DNA from: Nageia nagi
Taxonomy: Eukaryota > Plantae > Pinophyta
Length of the DNA: 64,000 bases
Direction of reading: 5' to 3'
NCBI GenBank assembly: GCA_050084985.1
Contig: JBITNC010000002.1
Location: forward strand, 9,114,001-9,178,000
In this document: positions 51,539 through 64,000 of the stretch, piece after piece
How the letters are laid out: every line of letters begins with the position of its first letter
Position numbering within the stretch: the stretch's first letter is position 1
The notes under the pieces: generated by a model
Seen by the model: the letters and a program-made list of their open reading frames with translations, nothing else
Told to the model about the DNA's origin: nothing
Databases searched by the model: none
Made by a program: the position numbers and the translations under genes

Positions 51539-54500
51539 ATGGGAGAATCATTTTTACCCAAACACATTATTAATTGTTCCAACTATGGGATTTGGGAACC
51601 TTGAATGAAAATCAAATTGTAGGTAAGGAAGCTATGGCAAATAGTGATTGAGCACCTTGGACCTACTACAGATGAGAAGGAACTAGAGGTGTACTACACA
51701 AATGATGAATTAGTAACCTTCATGATTTACCAAGCAATTTTAGATGATGTGCTCTTGAAGATTTCCTCTTCAAACTTGAAAAAGAAAGCTTAGGATAAGC
51801 TTAATCAAATCTATCTTGGCTTAAAATTTTTAATAAGGTTTACCATTTTTCAAAATTTACTTCAATCTCATCAAGGAGAAGATGAAAGTGTAGCTATCTT
51901 CATGAACAAAATCACTAACCTAAGAACCCAACTTGTTGCTTATAGGTGCAATTGGATCAATGATGAGTTCATGATCTTCATCATCTTTCAAATCCTCTCA
52001 TCAAAATTTGAAATTTTTTTCATAGTAATGGAAACAAGACTTATGATGAAAAAGAAGTCATATCCATTGAGAATATTTCAAGCCACCTATTGAAGCATGA
52101 GGAAACCCTTAACAATAAAGGGTTGATTTCTTTTACTAAGGAGAATAATGTTGATCTTGGAACAACCAAAACTTCTTCCAAGAAGAAGTTCAATCATCAT
52201 AAGAAATATTACCCTTATTCAAAAAGGTTTGAGAAAAGAGGTAGTAGCTATAATAACAATAGGAACAACTAAAACAATAAACATAGTAGCAATAACAATC
52301 ATAACAATAATCACTTCAAGCATAGAGATGACAAAGGCAAAACAAATACTCCTTATCTTAATAAAAAGTTTGATGGCCATTGTAATTATTGTGGCATGCA
52401 AGATCATAAATAAGTTTATTGTTACAAAAAAAAAAGGAGAAAAAGTACAATGATATTGGAAATGTAAAGAACTCCAAAGGCAAAAAATATACTCATGTCG
52501 ATTATGCTACGACACTCTACTCCATGTCTGGCAGTTTTTCATTTAATTGGATTATTAACTCTAGTTGTATTAATCACTTATGCTTTGAAAAGAAAAAATT
52601 TTAAAACTTTTACAAGTATACTAAGGATGCAGTTGTGATAGGTGATAACTCTAGCATTGAAGTTCAAAGAATTGGGAGTGTGCTAATTCACAGAAAGGTT
52701 CTTGACAATGTTCTCTATATTCCTAAGTTAAGGTTGAACCTTCTCTCTATAATCCAAGTTGCTATAAAAGGATATTCTTTTTGAGTTCAATTCTCAAAGT
52801 TGGTGCATTAAGAAAGGACTTGCAACTTTGGTTAAAAGATCAATGAAAGATAACCTCTACATTATGGATCAAGTTCCATCAAAGATGTATCTTGCTTCTA
52901 ATGTGTGTTTAAAAGGTAATCTTTGGCACCATTATTTAGGGAATCTTAACCATGAGAGTATTCAAATCATGCAAACCCAAGAACTTATGGAAGGTTTTCC
53001 TTCAATTTCTCCTTCAATAGGTCTATGCGAGAAGTGCATTCTTGGCAAGATGCATAGACAAAAGTTTGAAAAAGATAAGGAACAAGAGCATCTCAACTTC
53101 TTCAACTTGTGCATTTAGATTTGATGGGTCCATTTCAAACTGAGTCACTTGGAGGAGTGTCTTACATCTTAACCTTTATTGATGACCTTAGTAGGATGAC
53201 CTTTGGGTATCTACTTGAGCATAAGGATCAAACTTTTAAGACTTTTAAGGTTTTTAAGGCCTTTGTTAAGAATCAAACTAACCTTAAAATCAAAGTGTTG
53301 AGATAAAATAATGGGAAAGGATATAATAGTAATAATTTCAATGAATATTATGCTAAGTATAGAATCAAGAGGCAATTTACAATTCCATACAATTCTCAAC
53401 AAAATGGTGTTACCGAATAGAAAAATAGAATAATCATAGAGTTGGCTAGATGCATGTTGAAAAATCTTCTTAAGTTTCTATGGGGAGAAGCTATGAGCAC
53501 TGCTATTTATACCTTGAATAGTTATCTCATAAAATTTATTAAAAAAAAAACTCCTTTTGAGATATGGTTGAGAAGAAAACCTAACATTTCTCACTTGAGA
53601 GTGTTTGGTTGTGAAGCTTTCTCCTACATTATTTTTGAGAAAAGGAAGAAGATGGGCCACAGAGCTAACAAATGCATCTTCATGGGTTATGATAGTCAGT
53701 ATAGAGGATAAAGGATTTACTCTCCCACCTATAAAATAGTATTCATTTCATGGGATGTAAAGTTCAATGAACTTCTTGAAGAATCTATTACTAACATGGA
53801 TGTTGATGATCCAAAGAACTCTTTAGAAGCTTCTAATTGGTTGGATATTGATGTAGATAAGTCACCATAGGAAAAAAATTCTCCAACACAAAAGGTAATA
53901 AGGAGCATGATCTTGCTCAAATTTTTACTTGCCAAGATTGACAAAAACCATAAGCCCTCAACTTTCAAAGAAGCTTCTAAGCACGAGTGCTAGATAGAAG
54001 CCATGAAAGTGGAGTATGAGTTAAATAAGAATGTGATTGGAAATAAGTGAATCTCTTGGGCTATCTCTTGGGCTTGGAAATAAGTGAATGTGATTGGAAA
54101 TAAGTGAATCTACAAAGTTAAGTTTAATTCCATTGGAGATATTGAGAAATAAAAGGCAAGGTTAGTAGCTAAAGGTTTTTCTTAGAAATACGATGTATAT
54201 TATGAGAAAACCTTTGCTCTCATGGTAAATATTCCTATTGTGAGATATCTTCTTGCTCTTTCTATAACTCAAAGATGGAAAGTTTTTCAACTTGACATCA
54301 AGAGTGCATTTCTCAATGGTGACTAGGATGTAGAAATATTCATGCATCAACTAGAGGGGTTCATTATGCAAGGCAAAGAGTCCTTTGTGTGTAAGCTAAA
54401 GAAGTCTTTATATGGACTTAATTAAGCACCTCAAGCCTAGTATAGGAAGATTTTTAGGTACTTTGTAGACATTAGGCTCTCCAAGTGTTTTTCTAACTCT

Positions 54501-55513
54501 AATCTATATGTGCTTCATCAAGGAAAAGATGTGGTCTTGATTCTTCTTTATGTGGATGATCTTTTGATAATTAAAAATAATGATGTAATCATTCAAGAGT
54601 GCATATCCAAACCTAAGGTAACATTTGAAATGACTGATCTTGGTCTTTTGCACTACTATCTTGGCATGCAAGTGTATCAATACAAGGATTATACTTACCT
54701 TAGTCAATCTAAGTATATATCAGACATCTTGTAGAAGTTTGGCATGGAGGCATGTAGATATGATGCAATCCCAATCTCTCTTAGAATCACTATTTATCTA
54801 AAATCCACCTTTCAGTTAGCTAATGCTATCGTTTATAGGTAATTAATTGGTAGTCTTTTGTATTTGACTATCTCCAAGCTAGATATTACCTTTGCAGTGA
54901 ATTTGATGGCACAATTCATGCAAAACATTTATGTGGAGCATCTTAATGCTGTTAAGCATATTTTGTGGTATGTTGCAAGGACTAAGGATCTTACTCTTAA
55001 GTATTCCAAGTTGCCCTCAATTTTTCTCTTTGGATTCTCTGATTCTGACTATGGGGTGATAGAGATGATAGGAAGTCAACCTTTGCATATGTGTTTAGCA
55101 TTGGTTTTGGTGCTATCTCTTGGGCTTCCAAGAAGTAACTTACTTTTTCTCTTTCCACCATAGAAGCTAAATATCATGCCATGCCTATAGCAACCCGAGA
55201 AGCCATTTGGCTAAGGTATCTTATGAAAGAAATTGGTTATGAGCAAGGTGGCTCATATTTGATCTCTTCCAATAATCAGTCAACTATTTCTTTGGTTAAG
55301 AATCTAGTATTTCATCAAAAAACAAAACATGTGGAAATCCATTCCCATTTTGTTAGGAAGAAGGTTCTTGATGGCCTCCTACACCTAGAGTATTGTCCAT
55401 CCACCCTGAACTTCATTGATTTGTTCACTAAGCCCCTCCTGAAAGCTCAATTTTGTAAGCTTAGGGATGCTATCAGGCTTGTGAAGTTGCCCTCAAGGGG
55501 GAGTGAAGTTTGA
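51539..55513 (+). pseudogene. Copia gag-pol, degenerate
   Basis: Gag; CNYCG..H zinc knuckle; WIINSSCINH; LWHHYLGNLN; HLDLMGP; LYVDDL; FHQKTKHVE. Confidence 0.9.
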
Positions 55514-55574
55514 ATTTATATTGAATTCATATTTATGATGACAACTTAACCCCTAAGAGGATTTTATGCTATAT

Positions 55575-56185
55575 AGTGTTGATTTTGTATTATACCTTCA
55601 TGGTAAGTTCACTCTGTGTGAGGAACTTGTTGTACAAATAGACTTGATTTTGTTGTATACCTTCATGGTAAGTTTTCTTTGTGTGAGAAAATTGTTGTAC
55701 AAATAGAGTTGATTTTGTTATATACCTTTGTGGTAAGTTCACTTTGCATGAGGAACTTATTGTACAAATTGGCCAATTTTGCACTATTTAGTTATCCATA
55801 TGTGAGGAACTCTTATGTGTCTTTTAGCACTATTTAGTTATCCATATGTGAAGAACTCTTATGTGCATACTCTATTTGTGATCAATTTTACACTGTTCAA
55901 TTATACATATGTGAGGAACTCTTATATGTCTTTTAGCATTGTTCAATTATCCATATGTGAGGAACTCTTATGTGCATACCCTATTTGTGATCAATTTTGC
56001 ACTGTTTAGTTATCCATATGTGAGGAACTCTTATGTGTCTTTTGGCACTATTTAGTTATCCATATGTGAAAAACTCTTATGATATGCATGATCTAGCACT
56101 TTTCAGTTATCCATGTGTGAGGAACTCTTATGTGTCTTTTGACACTATTTAATTATCCACATGTGAGAAACTCTTATGTGCATGC
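55575..56185. repeat. Two-tier tandem array in the Copia 3' UTR
   Basis: Three ~65-bp units (ATACCTTCATGGTAAG...GTACAAAT), then eight units with core CACTATTTAGTTATCCATATGTGAGGAACTCTTATG. Confidence 0.9.
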
Positions 56186-59100
56186 TTTATTTTGTAATGA
56201 TAATCAACACATATTTTATATACAACAGGTGACTATAAGTGTTTGGTATGGCATCTTCATGATGACTTATAGTGCACCATTGATCAGTTCATGATGGCAT
56301 TTGTGTGATTCATCTATCTCTTTTGATATGAATATGATGCATCTAACTAATCTTATTATTTGAGCTGCTGATGACTTGCAGGTTCCTCTGAGAGTGCAGG
56401 TTGCTTACCTCAAGTATGCATGCTCTTTGAGACTCTTCATGATTTTTAGTTGGATGACTACTTTATGTACATTGAAACTAGTTATGGTTAATGATTGTAT
56501 TTGGCAAAGTAGTGAGTCTCAAACTAGATCTTTCTTACTTCATAAATATGTAAAAAGTTCTCATCTTCATTGTATCTATTTGGAGGATAACTCTCTTACT
56601 TTTTCTTCTTCTTCTCTCTTACATGCTCTATCCTAATATTGCATTAAGGGGGAGTGTTGGAATGTATAATGCATTATTGTAAAATTTGTATTAAATCTTT
56701 CATGTAAATTCACTAATAATTAAAGGTATTATTTGATACCTTAAGTATTTTAGTGAATATAATAATGTAACTTATCCTACACTCCAAGTCAGGAGCATGA
56801 CCCTTGAGTCAAAGATGTGCATGTCATGCTTAGGTCATCCAAGGAGGGATTTTGCCCTATAAATAGAAGGCTCCTTCTTTGTAATTACACACCAATTATT
56901 GAGTAAGGATATGCTATAGGATAGCAGTGTAGGAGTTCAGATTAGGAGAATTGTAAGAGAGTTGTATTTGTGAGAGAAGTAAAGATCTAGTTAGTGGATG
57001 TACTCTTAGTTGGAGGAACCACTTTACATCTTATTTTGTGAGATTTCTTTGTGTATTTGTTGGATGTAATTGTGGGCTTTCATGTGATCTTGGTAGTTTA
57101 GGAATTATATTGTTAGTGTTAATTCCTTCATGAAAGAATAAAAAAAGAAATGGATGACAATTCCTTTGGGTGCATTCTTCTCAAGTACAATAGCAAATAC
57201 AAAGGATACAAACTCATGGATCCTACTACTCAAAATGTTTATATAAGCAAAGATGTAATTTTTGATGATATTGGTAAATATTCAACTAGTCCTAAAATAG
57301 TACCTAAACTTGACAATGTTCCATAATCAATTATGATAATGACAATGATGAGAAAGAAGATCCAATTGTAAATTTACCACCTAATAATATTAGAAGACTA
57401 AAATGGTACCATAATACATTGCATGATTCAAACTTGAGTGATCCACTAAACAATTTTACTTATAGACCAAGGATATGAAGCATAGCTTATGAGGAAGTAA
57501 ACTTAGCACTGATGAACACAGTGATGAATCACTCAAATCTAAAATGATTTGTGAAGCCATCAAGCTATCGTATTGGAAGTTATCCATATAGGTTGAGTAC
57601 GATGCATTGATGGAAAATAACATTGGAAGTTGGTATAAATTCCATTTGGAAATAAGGCCATTGGATGCAAATGGGTGTTCAAAAAAGTACAAAGATGATG
57701 GAACACTTGATAAGCACAAGATATGACTTGTTGCCAAAGTATATGCATAAGAGGAAGGTATCGACTATGAGGAGACTTTTTCTTTCAAATATAAGATGAA
57801 TACCATTATAATTTCTTTTACAATGGCTACATGCAATTTAACTAGAATGTTCATTAGATGGATGTGAAGAGCACTTTCTTAGATAAATATTTAGAAGAAG
57901 AAGTCTACATTGAGAAACCTAAAAGGTTTGTGATTGATCCAAGAAAAGGAAAAGTATGTAGATTGATCAAGTCTCATATAGATTGAGATACACTCCAAGA
58001 GTCTAATATACTAAAATTGATGAGAACTTAGTACAATATGGCTTCAATAAGAGTCTATATGATGCTAACCTCTACCTTTGACAACATGGAGGGGGAGATT
58101 ATCATAAAATAGCATATATATCGATGATCTAGTTATCATAGGAAACATTAAGAATTTGATCATATCTTACAAATATGATCTCAAAATATCTTTCAACATG
58201 ATGTAACTTGGTTTACTTCACTATTACCTTATATTGGAGGTTCAGTATTTGTAGGAATAGATATTTATTTCATAAATGAAGTACATTAATAGTTTATTGG
58301 ATAAATTCAAGATGAAAAATTACTAATGAATTTCCAAACCAATTTAACCTAATTTACATTTATCATATCATGATTATTCTCCATCGTAAGTGCAACTCTT
58401 TATTGGTAGTTGATTAGAGGGTTAATTTAGCTAGCATACACCAGGTCGGATATTTGTTATATATAATTAGCTATCTTTCATGATTCATGCATAAAATAAA
58501 GAAGGCCCATTGAAATAGAATAAAGCATATTATGAGATATATTTATGGAACTGATAGTTATGGCCTAAAGTACAAGAAGAATTATAAGTTCATCTTTATC
58601 TAGATACATAAATGTAGATTTTGGAGAATCCCTGGATGATAGGAAATCGATGATAGGATACATGTTCTACCTTGGATATGGATTTATTTCATGGGGTAGT
58701 AAGAAGAATATTATCACATCCAAGTCTACCATATTTTTATAATATTGTGCTACTATTAATGTTTTTTATGAAGCAATATAGTTATATCATATTTTGAATG
58801 ATATTAGAATTCTATAAAAATAGCCTACAATTATACACTACAATAATCAAAGTATACTGAATATGGTTCACAATCCTATTTTTTAGTGCACCAAACACAT
58901 TGAGATAAGGGTTCATTTCATTCTTGACCATGCTTCACTACATAACATTAAGCTCTATTACATTTCCACAAAAGAGCAAATTACACATGTCTTCACCAAA
59001 TCTCTTGTTCATAAAAAATTTGAATACTTTCAAATATTTCTCTTATGTTTAATGAAGAATTAATCTAATATGGGGGTGTTAGAAATAATAAATTAACTTT

Positions 59101-59649
59101 AATCTTATCCACATTAGGTATTTAGAACTCTAATAAAAATATTAGTAATTTTACTAATGTTTAATATTTAATATTAGGGTTTCTATTAACTAGTTATAAG
59201 GTGGTAGTTTTTATACAAGAATGTAACTCATACTTATACAATGTATAAATTTATTTATTTTTTAATAATGAAATGATACTCTTAGTTTAATCTCTAATAT
59301 CTTAATTTGAATTTAGAATATCTTCCTCCTCTAAAGGTAGAAGGAGCAAGATAGCCCTAGTGGATTTTCCTAGTTTGGCATATTTACTCTAGCAAAGGTA
59401 CTAAATAATATTGAACCAAGAGTTTTCTTATGAATTTACTTATTATTTTGATATATTATAATTATAACAAGTTGTAATTATATTTCCAATGTGTACCAAA
59501 TAACTATATTATAATTTATAACATTTTACAAAAATATATCCAAGTATGGACAATTCACATAAAATATCATTCATACCAAAATGCATCATATTAGGTGTAG
59601 GATCTTATTAAAGTGGCCACCTCATCCCTAGATAGGTTAACCATAAAAA

Positions 59650-61300
59650 TGAATCCAAGGTTTTCACACCAACTACTGATTGTTGTACTAATGCTAAAGA
59701 AGTGGCAACCGAAGTTGTAGTATGCATTTTCATTTGAGAAGATAGGGAGATCATGGAAGTAGGTATTATGGTGGAAATTATGGAAGATGAAGAAACAAAA
59801 TGAAAATGTGTTAAATTATTTATACTTACTAGGATTGGATAGGTATTTTTTTATTGAGAGGTTGATGTAGCTATCATAGTAATAAATGATGACCTTGAAG
59901 CAAGATTTTTTATTGTAGCATTAGAGGCTTTTTCAAAACTCTTTTGCAAATTCCTTTGATATATTCTTTAGTGCTTTTGTTAAGGAATATGGTCATATGA
60001 TCTTAGCTCAATTTGATGCTTTACTACATGATAGGCTCTATAACTAAGGTTTTTTTTTTTTATGGTTGAGTCATTTTTGATTATCTCTTATCCATTTTTT
60101 ATGTCATAACCTTTTGATGCCTTTTCTTTGTTGCTTTTATGGTAACAAGCAAGGGAGGCTTATTTACATCATATCCTTGTTCTTCAGAGCTAGAAATGTG
60201 TTATTCAAAATGCTATTTATTACATTTATTTAAAAATTTATCATCATCAAAATCTATTGCATTATGTATATTATCTATCTCAGCTCTAAATATTAAAAAG
60301 GCCATTTTCTTGGCCTCACTCTATCTTTTCTTTGTATTGAGCTTCTTGGAAGAAGATTTGATTAATGTATCTCTTTTTTCATCAGAATTATACTTATTTA
60401 TGAAGAATATTCTCCATAAGGCATCCTTAGAAGAAGTTTCCTATGCAACCATCTTATTTATATCCAAATTAAGCAACTCATCTAGAATGATATTATCAGT
60501 AGTATGGTTTCTAAAACTTTCAAACTGCTCATCTTTATGTAGAAAAAAAGCAATTAGTTTTCCTTGATTATTTGTTTTTAACTGAGCCACCATTATACAT
60601 AATGATAGGCCACATTTAAACTAATCAAGCCTATATTTTCTAATATTTTTGCAAGCTTGGAAGCTTGCTTCTTTTTTAAAATAAAATCCTCAAAGGTTTG
60701 AACACTAGTATAAATGCTTATTTTCTTCTTCTCAAACCTAAAATTTTCATCTATCTTATCAAGTTGCCTAAAAAACTCAATGGTAAATAATCTATATAAC
60801 ACATAATATGGGAAAATATAAGTCTTCCCTAGGAATCCATACAATCTAAAGAATATTCCATACCCTAACAAATAGTCATCTCCCAATTCCAAACTAGGCA
60901 TTTTGAGGTTATTCATCATTTATTGGATGAATCTAGGAATAAATTTCCCCTCAATATGTGTTAAATTAGGAAAAAGAAAAATTACCATAAACATGGAATA
61001 CAAGGAGGAAGATATCAACTCAAAAGTTCAAGAGTCTACAGATAAAGGATTTCCTTTCGCATCTTATTTTTGAGAAGGGATGGCTTGGAAGATATTTGTA
61101 TTTATGTAATAGAAAAGCTTTACAATAATTAACAAATAAGGAAATCTATTTGACTTTTTTATATTATTGAAAGCATCAATACTTCATTAAGAGAGAAAGA
61201 GTGGGCAATTAAAGTATATATATTGGGGATTGTTCATATGTAATGGCATTCACAATGATCATTTTTTCAAAGGTGACATGTTTATGTGAGTTGTAGCAAA
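59650..61300 (-). pseudogene. Degenerate accessory ORF downstream of the CACTA transposase, related to ORF 5198-8407
   Basis: ORF 60593..60919 has RLYGFLGKTYIFPYYVLYRLFTIEFFRQL; upstream YFNCPLFLS..NRFPYLLIIVKL; K/E-rich region downstream. Confidence 0.6.
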
Positions 61301-62039
61301 ATAGTATAGTCAAAGTAGAGAAGAGATTCTATAAATGATCCTTAAAGTTATGAATATATACATGAATAAAAGGAAGAGTAGGTATACCTAAGAAGATTCA
61401 TGAAAAATCATAACCATTCTATGATAGAGAACTGAAGACCAAAAATGTGAGACAACATTCTCAGGAGAAGAGAATGATATTTAAAGGACTAGAAGATCAA
61501 AGAAGTGTAATAGATCATTTTCCTCCCCAAACAATCCTTCATTGACCTCCCCAACCATTACTATATTTTAGTCACTTAATACATAAAAAATTTGCTCTTT
61601 GATAATATGATGCTTTAAGCATTAGAAATTCCAAATTTATTTCAAAATATTTTTTTTTGTATTTTTGACTCCTTTATTGATGCATTATGTGATGCATTAC
61701 CTGATGCATGGGTTGACATATTTTTCTATGTATTTTTTTATGCTTTAAGTGATGTATTACTTGACTCTTTAATTGATGTTTAATCATGAAAATCTTGACC
61801 ACCACAAGCATGTATATACATTTTCACATTTTGACTGATTACATATATATGGATTAATTGATTGAAAATCTTAAACATGAAAATACATGTAATATGTGTA
61901 ATATATTAATGAGTAATTAATTGGAATTAATCAACAAATTACAAAATATTCAAAAAAATACTATAATTCAAATTCATATGTAGTTCAACCTCAAAACACT
62001 AAATATATCAACATATATAATGTTTAATTACTCAAATGT

Positions 62040-64000
62040 ACATGTAATATTTTAATCAACATTGTTATCATTTTCATCAAGAAGATGTACAACATGTTTC
62101 CCTCTTGGATCACAATTAATTACAAACAACATCTTTTCATCTAGTACATCTGGACAAAAAAATATTTGACTACAATATTGTGGTAAAACATATGGCTCTT
62201 TTATTGAGGTAAATATCGTGTAGAGTCGATTGCATAATAGCCACTAGGTATGTCATGGAATATTGATCTTCTGTTGACAAATCTTTCAAACCATTTACAT
62301 TTGAATACTACACATTTGAATGATCTAAAATTAAATTGTATGATTTCTTGAATTTTTCCAACATATTGTATTTTTCCTTCTATCAAGTTTGTATCTTTTG
62401 TACTTGCATGCCTTGCTTGATCAAAATTAACCATCACTCCACTGTCAAAGGTCATTCTATTAATATCTTCCTTTTCAATTTTGAACTATTGACTAGTATG
62501 CCCACATTGTAGGAAAAGATAATGCCTACACACATTTTTATGTAAATGTTATATTGGTGAAAGTATTATATCTATATTAACAATACTATGTTATAAAAAA
62601 AATTAAACTTAGGTCCGTAAGAATTAATGAATAATTACCTCATAATTACATCCATTAGCTATATTTAAAGCATCTTCATAGATTTTTTTTTTTTGCACCT
62701 TCAACTAATTTCTCCTCGCTTGCTTTATCGATGATCTTGGACACTCTTTTGGCCAATTTTCATCTCTTAAATGTGGAGGTCTAGGTGTACTCCTTGAATG
62801 TTCACTACAAAACAAAATATGTTGTTTAGGAATTGCACTTCTTTTACTTTCATACATTTCAATCCATTCTTTACAACACTCCATATTTGTGATGATAAAA
62901 TGGTTTATAGATTCATATATGTCATAATTTGTAATTTTTTTGAATACATAAAATGAACTTGTTAGTAATTATTAATTAAATTAAATAAAATTGCATGTAC
63001 ATAATACTTATTATAAATTACTATTATCTAAAATGTAGTTATAAGTACCTTTATTAAGAGCATATGATCTCTCGTTTATTTCTAAAACCTCCCATTCTAA
63101 TTTATCATTGTATTTATCTATTTGTAACAATATTATTGGAGCTGAATCATGAATTTGAGATAGAAACTTACTTACATTAAAAAAGATTATTGCATAATAT
63201 ATCCCTCACACATAGATCCTTCTGGTCTTGACTTTTTTCTAACAAATCCTATAAGTACTTTCAAAAATATTTCCATAAAAACAAGCTTCTAGTACTTATA
63301 ACACCAACTATTTCTATAACATCTACTAGGTGGATCAATAGATGAACTTGTATATCCATAAAAGTAGCAAGTATTTATTTTTCAAATTTACAGACAATTT
63401 TCACAATTTCTCTTCACCATTTAGGGATTTCATTGACATGTATTTCCTTTGAAGTAAACCACATAGTTATGAAAATATAATTAATATTATAAGATGTATT
63501 TAAATTATATTGAAATATACAAAATAGCAATAAATGCACTATATATTTTAAGGGAATAATATCATAAATAACATGAAATACCTTAGAAATAATGATAGTT
63601 GACCAATTACATATTAAATTAGTCGATAAAGTCGTACATCCATAAATTGCAAGTGGAAAAATAATCTATAGCAAAATTTATATTAATCAAAATATAGATG
63701 AATAAAATATATATAAATACAAATGTATTTAAGGTTTTTGATATGCATATAATACAAGAATACCTTCAATAACTTGTGATAATCATGAGATTCCAATCCT
63801 ATCATTTTTACATCAATTGTGAATGCTTTTCTTAGAGATAATGCATATATCATTACTATTTTAATGGCTCTAACAATATTTTATAGAATGTTCACTTCAT
63901 CTTTAGTCGTAAGCCATGAGGCTAGAATAGGTGTAATTGTTGTTCCATCTGTATTTTTTATTACCCAAAAGGTATATTTTATTTTGGTAGCCTTTGAGTC
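62040..64000 (-). pseudogene. CACTA/En-Spm TnpD-type transposase relic (DUF4218/DUF4216 region), intron-containing
   Basis: GLESHDYHKLL (~63765-63800); FVRKKSRPEGSMCEGY (~63200-63250); FDSGVMVNF...YVGKIQEII...VVFKCKWF (62201-62455). Confidence 0.85.

Larger units (their letters stand above)
47524..57130 (+). mobile_element. Nested Copia with long leader and 3' UTR
   Basis: LTRs 47524-47997 and 56655-57130 (~92% identical by eye); PBS TGGTATTAGAGCC 48001-48013; PPT AAGGGGGAG 56646-56654; decayed TSD CCAAA/TGAAA. Confidence 0.9.
43882..59299 (+). mobile_element. Old Copia element (host of a nested Copia)
   Basis: Diverged ~220-bp LTRs 43882-44100 and 59077-59299; decayed PBS 44101-44113; PPT-like GGGGG before 59077. 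Gag-INT ~45540-47523 ends at YMHIPK and resumes at 57136 into RT/RNase H up to ~59050. Confidence 0.75.

Overview
AT-rich plant nuclear DNA. The giant TE-filled intron and old, C>T-decayed retroelements suggest a gymnosperm (inference). The only host gene is the 3' part of TAF1B/Rrn7 (Arabidopsis MEE12), on the + strand, with exons 867-1769, 2774-2904 and 19779-20351. Its last intron (2905-19778, 16.9 kb) holds two elements. The first is a 5.8-kb TSD-flanked TGTTG...CAACA solo-LTR-like unit carrying an array of eight ~42-bp palindromes with divergent spacers, a TATA box and a decayed ~1,070-codon non-gag/pol gene. The second is a TSD-flanked Copia in which a Gypsy 5' half is fused to the Copia gag-pol, with a hAT-type MITE in its RNase H. 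The intergenic part contains Copia and Gypsy relics, Mutator-type MITEs, a TR-GAG-like element with CRM-type ends, and a minus-strand CACTA relic. An old Copia appears inserted in that relic and itself contains a younger Copia with a third, inverted LTR. Best candidate for a new system: the LTR-embedded accessory gene plus upstream palindrome array, whose protein shares an ungapped motif with an ORF lying downstream of the CACTA transposase in the same window. All coordinates, alignments and identities were read by eye.
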